From the human T2T-CHM13v2.0 reference genome, Homo sapiens: 64,000 bases of DNA. The stretch's first letter is position 1. Each line of letters starts with the position of its first letter. Of this stretch, positions 52,683-64,000 are shown one piece after another. Location of the stretch: the NCBI RefSeq assembly GCF_009914755.1, contig NC_060926.1; one strand, written 5' to 3'. The notes beneath the pieces are model-generated. The model was given only the letters and a program-made list of their open reading frames with translations, did no database searches and was not told where the DNA came from. The position numbers and the translations under genes are program-made.

Positions 52683-55098
52683 CATATATAATTATAATAA
52701 TTTTTTCACATATGAGGAGATTAAGGCAGAGAGAGATTAATTCCTGTAGCTAAATCTCCATAGCCAGATAGCAGCAGAAATAATTCCCACCCTATCCTTT
52801 GGACATTGCTGTAAAAATATGTTAACAAAGCATCATATTTATTTGATAATTTTGATTATTGAAATTTGATAAGTTGTCAATTAAGTGGTATGCTGTTGCA
52901 TTCATTCTTGGAATTTAAAGAAAATAGAGTTTTAAAAGTGGTTTGAAGCTTAAAAAGAGAAGGAGAGATGTATACATTATGTTGTATAACAAATACTAAA
53001 AATTTTTTTTGATTTTTTTTTTTTTGGCTGATAACAGAGGTGAGGAAGTTGAAGAGACAGTGTTGAGTAAATTTCTTGACTCCCCTACTGCCTGCCCATG
53101 CATTGTGACAGGGCACACAAAGAATGTCTGCTAACTTGTCCGCAGCACTCAACACCGTGATAGCAACAACAAAACATATTTACTGAAGACAACCAGTTGA
53201 TTAAATGTCTTGACCCCCTCCTGTGTATGCACAGGCATTGTCACAGGGCATACAAAGAGGAAATGATCAGCTTCTGCATTGAGACTCAGTGCTATTTAGA
53301 TGAAGAAAGAAGACTGTACTGGAACAGCAGGCTGTTACAAGGATGATGATGACAAAGTCGGAAGGGAATGTGAACACAATGTGTCAGAGGTGTGGGAAGG
53401 GGAGGATGAGGGAGGGCGGGGAGGAGTCCAACTGGAAAGACTAGAAAGAAACCATTGGAACAGTTGTGTCCTTCACACCAAATGCATTTTGTGGTCTTAC
53501 TGTTTGCTTTTGCTGGACCGTATGTCTTTTCACCCCGCTCTGTTGTACCTTATGATGAGGGGCAAATAACCACAAAGCAGGAAACCTTGTCAAGGAAACA
53601 AGTTCTAGACTCTGTCTTGTGGTCATTGCCCACTAAATTCCTTCTTTCATCACTATAGCCATAGCCCCATGATTATCATTTATAGAGAAGGGCCAGAGTC
53701 GTTAGGAAAAGGTTATACTTACTGTCAAGAAGGTAGGGATGTAGGTAATGCAGCTCAGAAAATTTTACATTAAACAGAATTGAGAATGTAGAAGTTTGGG
53801 GAAAACTCCAGTTTCTAGAGGATTTATATATCGGGAAGGGGTGATTCTTCTTTCTTCCCAACTTTGTCCCAGAGAGCCCAGTGTACCAGGTATTACGGTG
53901 CATTTTCTCTGTCTTATCTTTCCTGGTTTAGGCTTGCACGTGTACAATGTTCCATTTTCCTGTTTAAATAAATTTCTTCACTTTTACTTGAAATAGGACC
54001 CAGTAGGATATTATGTGGTACTTTACATGTAAGTTTCATTGGTCCTACTTTAAAAACAAAAACCTTTGTCTACTGTTCTTTAATCTCATCAACTGTTATT
54101 AAGGAAGCTTCATCTAAGATTTAATTATGGTCTGTTTTGCATATTTATCAATTGTTGCCTTTGACCAACAGTGAATTAATTTGGGTAATACTTTCACATG
54201 ATATGAAATTATCCTGTATTAGTAGAAAATATTAAATGTTACTACTGAAAATGAATATTTACAGAGTTTTATTTCTTGAGCATTTAGTCTAAAACAACTT
54301 TTAATTTTTTTTGTTTTACACAGTTTTATTAGCAATGTCCCCACACCTTTGGGGCCCCATGCACTTCACCTGCTCCCCTTCAGCACCTCATTCACACAGC
54401 AAATGCGACCAGAAAGAAGGCTCAGTCCTCCCATTCCTCTTGACGTAGGCATTGGCTTAGGATAAAAACAGTTTTGTGGATGTTCATAAACACTTGCGAC
54501 TTTTCATCTTGTCTGGGACATCATGCCCTTCGACATCCTTCATTACTCTTTATGAGAAACAAGCAAATAACCACAAAGCAGAGAATTTTAAGAAGCCATG
54601 AGGGATTGGGGCTGAATTTAGCACACTTTGATTATAGAGACAAAAATTGCCAAGTTTATGACTACGGGTGGTCAAAGCGCTCTCTCTGCATGGATAATTA
54701 GATGCTTAGTAAACGTTTTCTCACAGTAAAAATATGACTATTGCTCTGTGTAAGAAGAGTATAAGTTATATTATTTTGAAATCATTGTTTTATTTCTATC
54801 TTATACACTTATATTTTCATCTCATAGTCTTTCTAGCTTTGTCTCATTAGAACTTGAGGATTGGAGGGTTTAAATGTTTTAAAAGGATTTCTTTTTTAAT
54901 GTTACTGCTGGGGGCTAACAGAGAGAAAAACGGTTAAGTCTGCCTTACAGTTACTGACAGGAGTGTTGACAATGTACACCCATGAAATCCTACCAACACT
55001 TTATTGGGATAATTGAGTAATGTGTAACTGGTGGCATTAAGAATCACATAGAAAGAATAAATTCTGACCTTCTACTTTTTTCTTTTTGTAATTTTTAG

Positions 55099-55204
55099 AT
55101 TTGTAGCCAAACCGTGCGCCATAGCCCTCAACATTCAGGCCAATGGACCACAAATTGCTCCGCCCAATGCCATTCTGGAAAAGGTCTTCACTGCAATTAC
55201 AAAG
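55099..55204 (+). CDS. CERS6: Ceramide synthase 6, internal coding exon (exon 2)
   Basis: Canonical acceptor (ctgac branch-like motif, pyrimidine tract, tttttag|A) and donor (AAG|gtatga). Phase-2 start, phase-0 end. Translates (R)[35 protein letters not shown], matching the CERS6 N-terminal region before the homeobox-like domain as I recall it. No other CERS6 exon recognised in the window. Confidence 0.96.
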
Positions 55205-56857
55205 GTATGATTGTCCTTTCCTGGGGTATAGATTGTCCCCGGTCACCATTCTCAGCCTGCTGTCATTCAATTTGTCCCCTTCTGGGTTTGGAGAATCAAC
55301 TTTTGCCTAGCCTTATGCTGGAGAACGTGTTGTCAGAAGGAATGCAAGCGTAGTAGAAGCGGAATGAAGATGGGCTTGTCTTAGACTTGGTAGTTTACGC
55401 TCAAGTTGATTTTTAGTAGCTCACCTGAGAATAGTCTTGACTAAATAATGATTAGTCTAATTCTGTGCCTCTTTTAATCACATGTGAAGCAAGATGTGAC
55501 TAGAAGCAAGATGAGGGCTGGGAGGGACTTTGTGGAGGTGACTGGGTGGAGCTGAAGAATGTGATTTATGTGTGTGCGAAAAAAGGGACCTCTTGGCTTG
55601 TAGCATTGTCCATAGATTCTAGGAGCTGTGATAAGTAGACAAATGTAAACAAAAACAACAAGAAGGCATAACTGCAGGATAAAAGATTGTACCATGAAGT
55701 TATGAAGAAGGAGGGTCAGGAGAGTCTTAAGTGAAGAGATAGGTTCACTGTGGAGAATAAAAGGGAGGAGATACTCAATCTGGTGGGAGCTGAAGCCCAA
55801 ACTAGGAGTGGGAGGAAGGGAGCGGGAGAGAAGTGGGTAGAAGAGACCACGTCTCCTGCCTCTGCCCCCATCCCAAGTTCAGATCTCCTTCAGAACAAAG
55901 AGGGAGGAGAAAGCTGGAAGTCAGAAACCCTCAGTTGAAGGCCATAGGAAAATAGAGCAAATTACCGAGTTTTTATATATCTTACCTTATTCTTGTTTGG
56001 ACAAGAAAGAAGAAAAGATCAGGAGAAATACAACATTCTATGAGAAGTATTGTGTGTTCATATATTAAATGGCTCATTTTCTCCCTTTCATTTTTCTGGG
56101 AGAATTACCCAGGCTTCCAAGATGTGATTTGACAGAATTAAGCAAATTCTATTTCTTTTCTTGGTATTTGTGTTTCTAGCCATTTGTACTAGCTATCTCG
56201 TCTTACAACTATTAATTCAGATATCCAAACACTTTTATCTATTTTATGGTCTTCATTTCTTCCAAAATTCTCTAGAGTTTTTCCCTCTGTCCTTTTAAAA
56301 ATGTTTTTCCCTCAAAAAATTAAGAAAGTACCAGGTGTTTTTCATATCTCTGCTAGGAAGAAGAGAAGAATGAATGGAATTTTAGGAAAAGCTCTTTTGA
56401 TGGTTTTTATGGGGTAATTTCAGATTGCCAGGTTCCTGTCTGAAGGGACACATATCTTACAGTATTTAAAAGAAAAAAATATAAAGAAAAAGCTTGCATT
56501 TTCATTTAGTGTATCAAATTACTTAAGTGAAACAACTTTTTCCCTCTTAAAAAAGCAGGTGTGTAGGGACTTCTCAGGTTCATTTGTAAGTGTGATTATA
56601 ACATATTTGGAGTCTCTTTGTGAACTACTCTAAGTACATTAAACATACAGTATTCTAAATGAATAATAAAATGAGGTGTTTTTTTTTTAATTTTGTTTTT
56701 TGTTTTCTCCACATTTGATGCCTCTCCTTAAAAATCCTGCAGTGGATGTTTCACTTCCCTTGCCTTATGTTTTTTACAGTTACTGGAGAAATTTCCTCCA
56801 TAAAGGTAATAAAAAGATTTTGCAGCCAGGTTGACTTTTCTAAAGAATACTTGCTTT

Positions 56858-57175
<318 letters not shown>

Positions 57176-57524
57176 CTAATTTGAATGATCATATTCTTTT
57201 AGTTTCCAAGGTGATTCCTTTGGAGGTTTTTACATGATTAAAACAGAAGCGTCATGTAAAATATAAATGCAGCAAAAGTTGGAACTGTTTTCCCTTGTAT
57301 TCTTTGTAGTTCTCCGGTCTTAATTGTGATATGAAATGTAACCAATCAGTTGACTGGAATAGGAGGGGCAGGACTTGGGAGAGCTTGAACAAAGTGTGCG
57401 TTTGTGTGTGTGTGTGAATGATCATCCAGTATCCTGGCCTTACCACGGTTTGAGCTGCCTTTTTGTAGAAGGGCATGATTATAATCCTTCAAGTGTGAGA
57501 GAGGTACCCTTAAAATCTCTGTAT

Positions 57525-58690
<1,166 letters not shown>

Positions 58691-58874
58691 CTGGTTCTCC
58701 TTTGTGAAATTATTAATAGCTGAAAAATTTGAACCCTTATATATTCTGTAGCAGTCTTTCCTTTTGAAGTAACACCTGTCTTCCTGTTGCCTGTCTCTCT
58801 CTCCTCCCCCATCCCCTGTCTAAAATTTTATAAACACTTTATAGAAACTACTCCTATTGTAAATGTCAATTAGA

Positions 58875-59130
58875 AGTCTTGGTGTTTGAGCCAGTTACAC
58901 CTGGATATTTGTGTTGGAACCTCAGCTCTGCTGCGTCCCGTCATTGTGGCCTTGGGTGAGTTTCTTAACGTCCCTAGGCTGCAGATAGCTCATATGTAAA
59001 AATCTTTGAATAACCGTCTCACAGGCGTTCATGAGGGTTAAATAATCATGAAGCTCATTTGTAAAAATCTTTGAATAACCATCTCACAGGCGTTCATGAG
59101 GGTTAAATAATCATGTAAATCATTCAGTAA
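58875..59130 (+). mobile_element. MIR with an internal 65-bp tandem duplication
   Basis: tgtggccttgggtgagtttcttaac; duplicated unit at 58987-59051 and 59052-59115. Confidence 0.75.
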
Positions 59131-59849
59131 ATGATATAGCATCTTTTGTCTCATTGGTTCCCATATTTTGATTTGCATTTAAGATTACCTGAGAGTTAAA
59201 ATGTAGAGTGTTATGTCATGTTTCTATAGATTCTCCTCAACTGTATTGGAATGGGACCAAAACTTCTACAATTACGGATTGTCAGACCCATTCAAATGAA
59301 CAGAATGATTATTTCTCTTTAGTGAATATTTTTGAGCTCGTGTTTCTTAACTGGTTATGTTGTTTCTTAACTGGTTATATTCAGAATTATCTGGGTAAAT
59401 ATGCTTTTAACTTTTGGGGATTCTCCTACCATATTATTTGTACATACCTATGATACTAACTACCTCACTTTTCTAATCAAATCAGTGCTTAAGCCATGGG
59501 GGTGAGAATATATGTCAGGTATAAAGCCAGGTTTTATGATCCAGGGAAATAATAAAATTAACTTTTGGTATGTTAGAGTAAATTTTAAAGTGATAGGCAG
59601 ATTTCCTACAATTTGTTTTTCCTAATTCTCCTCAATAATCTATTTCCTTTCATTTTTATTTTATACTTTCCTTCTTCGCCTCCCAGTACTGGTTAAGATT
59701 AATGTTATTAATATTAACCTAGGTGTTTGTAATATATAAATGTTTATGTGAGTCTCCATTATTCATTTCTTTGCCTGGAAATCTTTCAAAAAAACTTACG
59801 GAGAATAATAAGGAAAGAACAATAAGAAACCCCCACCCTACATACAGAG

Positions 59850-59852
<3 letters not shown>

Positions 59853-59896
<44 letters not shown>

Positions 59897-59905
59897 CACA
59901 CACAA
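59853..59905. repeat. (CA)n microsatellite
   Basis: Directly visible. Confidence 0.95.
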
Positions 59906-60299
59906 ACACAGAGAAAGAAAAAATGAAAGAAAATCTCACAAATGTCTTATTTGGCAAATTAGGAGATGCATATCTCTAGATTTCAAAACATATAAAGGCT
60001 ACCTAGATTGGGCAGAAACCAAGTATGAGGAAGTGAAAAGCATGAAGTGTGTCTGGAGGGCCGTGTGGGGGTGGGTGTCAGGAAAGCCAGCACAAAAGCA
60101 CTTCTCAAGAGTTGAGGAGACAAAAGAACCACCCACTGTTTGCAACAATAGGTGCAGGAACAGGTGAGCCAGGCTGGCAAGAGTGGAGGAGGGACACATA
60201 AAGCCACGTGGAGGGTATGTTTTCAGGAGTCCATCTCCCTTCATGGCAGCCAGACTGGAAGAGCATCCTTCCTGCTCCCCACACTGGAAGTAGCAGGTC

Positions 60300-61250
60300 A
60301 AGAAAATTCAACTAATTCAAAGATGATTAATAAAGAAGCAACTCACACAATATCAAAGACAATAAAAAGAAAGTATAGCAACTCCTGTTAACAAAATTTT
60401 CACTAGAATAATGAGGCTAAAGAGGCAAATGAAAACTGTGATTAAATATTTTACCATAAATTTAAAAAAATGAAGCAGTAACTCTGTGAAGGAAGATCAC
60501 AGAGGAAATATAAGAACTAAAGAAAGAAATGGTTGGTCAACAAGAGGAGGTGGAATGTGAGCTGGTAGAGTTCAGAGAAAAGTACCAAATCCATCACAGA
60601 AAAAAAGACAAAATTGGGAAGAAGGCAGGAAACACTAGTCACTGCAGAAAACTCAGCAAAGAATATGGAAGATAGAAAGAATAAAACTGAATTAAATGAA
60701 AGAAACCAAAAAGAGCTACAAAATGGATATATAGGCCAAGCAGATCCAGCATCTCTGTAATAGGAATCCCTTAAGGAAAAGCAAAATAAAACAATGAATT
60801 AAAACAACTTCTGAGATATAATTCAAGATTTTTTCCTAAGATAAATGGAGGTTTATTTTAATATGTTAATAAAAATATAGTGAAAATGGGCCCAGAAAGT
60901 TCAACACTAAAACTTAACATTGTTAAAGTTGCTGGACTTGATAAGTAAAGAAATACTTCACTGAGCAGCTGGGCAAAAAATCAGATCTCTTTTTTTAGGG
61001 AAAATGTTATGTGATTGTAGGCCTTTCTATAGTAACATTTTCAATATTCCCAAGGAAAATGTGAACTAAGAATTTTATATCTAGCCAAATTGTTTTTACT
61101 CTGTAAAGGTTATAGACATCATGTTAGACATCTTTGAACATGAAAAAATTTAGGGATATTATTCCATGAGTCTTTCTTGAGGAGACTCTATTAAATCATT
61201 AATTTTAGCTGACCAAGAGATCACTTGGAATGTTTGTAAGTTTTGAATAT
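60300..61250 (+). mobile_element. Ancient L1M/HAL1 ORF1-like remnant
   Basis: A-rich sequence with agaattttatatctagccaaattg, an ORF1 C-terminal motif. Confidence 0.5.
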
Positions 61251-61807
61251 ATTTAAACTGTAGTACTAAGAAAGAAATCTAAGGAATGGTGACAGACAGA
61301 ATGTTAATGTTCTAGGTTCTCACAGTGTAGAAATGATACAGCAATAACTGAGTAGAAGGGGAAGAAGGTGGGAGGCAGAATCAGTTCACTGATTGCATGA
61401 TCTCTAAGAGGGGAGTCAAAGCATATCAGTGAAAGCTGGCAAATCATTACAAGTATACGCATATTTAATAGTACCAGAGTAAATGCTAAGAAAGATAATA
61501 TTATTGACTATTGTAGTATTGGGTGGTGGAGGAGAAGGAAATAAGGCTACTTTAATAAGGTGGAGGAAATAAGGCTACTTTAAATATTGCTCATTTGAAT
61601 TATTAGAGATGGAAAAGAAAGAGTCATATGGATAACCACTAGAACAAAAATTACTCCCAAAAGGAAAAAAAAAATGTAGTGAAATGTTTTTTAAAATCAT
61701 CAAAATGGAAAGTAGAACATAATTAGAAAGAATAAACTTATAATCATATTAATACACATAAATGGACTTAATTCATCTAATAAAAACTAATTCAGGCTTT
61801 GGTTATT

Positions 61808-62212
61808 GGTATGGGTCGAATTATTTTCTTCCCCAAAATGTATACATTGAAGTCTTGATCCCTAGTACCTCAGAATGTAACCTTATTTGGAGATAGGATC
61901 TTTACAAAGGTAAATTAGTCAAAATGGGATTATTATGGTGGGTCCTAATCCAATATGCCGGGTGTCCATATACAAACGGGACAATTGGACACAGAGATAG
62001 GCATGAGGGAAGATGCTGTGAAGAAACACAGGGAAAAGACAGCCATCTGCAAGCCAAGGAGAGAGGCCTGGTACAGATTTTTACCTCACATCCTTCAGAA
62101 GGAGCAAACCATTCAACACCTTCATCTGGGACTTAACAGCCTCCAGAACCATGAGACTATACACTTCTGTTGTTCAGGGAACTTTGTTACAGCAGCCATA
62201 GAAAAACAATGC
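61808..62212 (+). mobile_element. MLT1 (A/B/C-like) MaLR solo LTR
   Basis: cctcagaatgtaaccttatttggagatagg; gccatctgcaagccaaggagagaggcct; tttgttacagcagcc. Confidence 0.88.
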
Positions 62213-62229
62213 AGTCATGAAAAAAGTAT

Positions 62230-63221
62230 GTGAGGAGCACCTTAAGACAAAGTAGTAATAAATGTTGAAAATAAGAGCATAGGTGAAGGTATACAGGCAC
62301 GTATAAATAACAAAGTAGGATTTCTAAAAGCATTAAATGAAAGGAAGAATTGACTTTTTATTGTCAGAGGATACAATTCATGATGAAGATAAAATAGTTA
62401 TGAATCATATATGTATTAAATATTAGTGTGTCTGTATATTCATAAAAAGGAATTGAAGAAAAAATGGAAACACAATAGAAAGAAATTCTGATTTACCTCT
62501 GAGGCGTGATAGAGTCAGTGAGAAAATATAAAATAGAATATAGAAATTCTAAGGAGCATAATTAGGAAGATCTAAGGGGGTACATTTATAATCCTATATT
62601 CTGAATGTAGAGACTGTACTTTCTTTTCAAGTAGCTATTAAATACTTACAAAAATTGATGCTGTATTATGTTAAAAAACTATAATTTTTAAAAATTAGGC
62701 ACGATTTAATACCAGAAATTAGAAAACAGAAAAATCAGAAAACAAAACCTCTTCCTCCTGAAAATTTATAAATACTGTCTTATTAACTCTTGGGTAAAAT
62801 TGAAATTTCAGAATATTTAGAAAACATTGGTAATGAAAGTACTACCTTTATGTGCTATGCTGCAAAAGTGCTCATTGAAAACTCATACAGATATGAAAAA
62901 AATAGCCATTTGGTTAAACATTAGAACAAGAACAACAAAATGAATGGAGATAAGCAGAAGGAAGAAAGTAGTAACGATAAGCTAAAATCAATGAGTTAGC
63001 AAAACTATAACTATAATTTTAACTTATATAAAAAAATTAATCCCCAAATCCTACATTTATTTATTTTTGTTTTACCAAAGGCAGCTAAATCGACTAAGAA
63101 AAAAAAAGCAAGCACAAATAAACGTTATGATCAATAACCACAGAAACAGGAAAATTAAGAGAGTGGGGCAGATGTAATAGAAAAACTTGACTAAAAAATT
63201 TATTCTAGGAAAGTATAATTG

Positions 63222-63264
<43 letters not shown>

Positions 63265-63960
63265 AAAGATCAAATTAAAAGAACTAAACTGCAAAAAAGT
63301 ACCAGGCTCAGATGCTCTCACAAAAGATTTTGTTTTTCATTAACCCAAAGTGTTTATTGAACATGTAGGTATATATTTTTTTCTTTGCCCAGGTGATTAG
63401 CATTTTAAAGGTATGAAGGCCTAAATTCATACCTATAATATCAAAAATTATATGTGCTTTCTCTCCTTGTTTATTGTGAATATTTAAGATGTACAATACA
63501 ATGTTTCAGTATATTTACACATGGTGACATGGTTACTATAGTCAAGCAAATCAATATGTCATCTCATAAAAAATTCTAACATACTCTTAACAGGAGATAA
63601 TTCTCTTAAACTGTATCAAAGCATAGAAAATTAAGAAACCCATCCAGCTCTCTTTTAATGTAACAATAAGACATTAACATCAATGCCTGACAAAAATTTC
63701 AATAAAAAACAAAAGCAAGACTAGAGACCAAATTTTGTTGTTAATATTGATAAAGAAATCCTAAATAAAAAATTAGTGAACTGAACCTAGTAACACATTA
63801 AAAGAATTGTTTATAATTGGATATAAAAATCTATATAATTCATTTTATTAGTAGATCTAACGAGAAAAATACATCACACTCCATGGATGCTGAAACCTGA
63901 CATCTTTTTGATTAAAATAAATTGTCTAAGTGGGGATAGGTGGTTTCTGCTACATGACAG
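62230..63960 (+). mobile_element. Ancient L1M ORF2 remnant with (TG)n at 63226-63260
   Basis: Diverged ORF2 text (atcctaaataaaaaattag, cacattaaaagaat, gatgctgaaa). Confidence 0.6.
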
Positions 63961-64000
63961 ATGTATTTGTATCATAGTCCCAAAACTTGCCCCTTACTTT

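Noticed and set aside
53300-53360. YKDDDDK, a FLAG-tag-like peptide in ORF 53300-53569
   Set aside because: No vector, linker or other engineered context; most likely a chance match in purine-rich, probably L2-derived sequence.
55114-55353. 79-aa ORF overlapping exon 2
   Set aside because: Wrong frame; the real coding frame is defined by the splice sites.

Overview
Primate (almost certainly human) genomic DNA, mostly intronic. The only protein-coding segment I can support is a 106-bp internal exon on the + strand (55099-55204). It encodes [35 protein letters not shown], which I recognise as exon 2 of ceramide synthase 6 (CERS6/LASS6). The window therefore appears to be the 3' part of CERS6 intron 1, exon 2 and the start of intron 2. 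The rest is dense with repeats. These include a decayed, 5'-truncated class I (MER4-group-like) endogenous retrovirus on the - strand (6095-~14310; 3' LTR, env, pol, pro and gag remnants) with nested Alu/THE1 insertions, 12 Alu/FLAM copies, L1, L2, MIR, CR1, MaLR/ERVL LTRs and DNA transposons. The supplied ORFs are nearly all repeat-derived or chance. I see no convincing new multi-gene system. The most unusual signals are local rearrangements: a 216-bp ~98% inverted duplication, a composite templated insertion that duplicates an AP-1 site pair, a THE1 transcript end apparently retroposed by L1, a scrambled tail-less L1, an Alu inserted at the ERV RT catalytic motif, and a phase-compatible candidate alternative CERS6 exon. 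Repeat subfamily names are from recall, not a database search.
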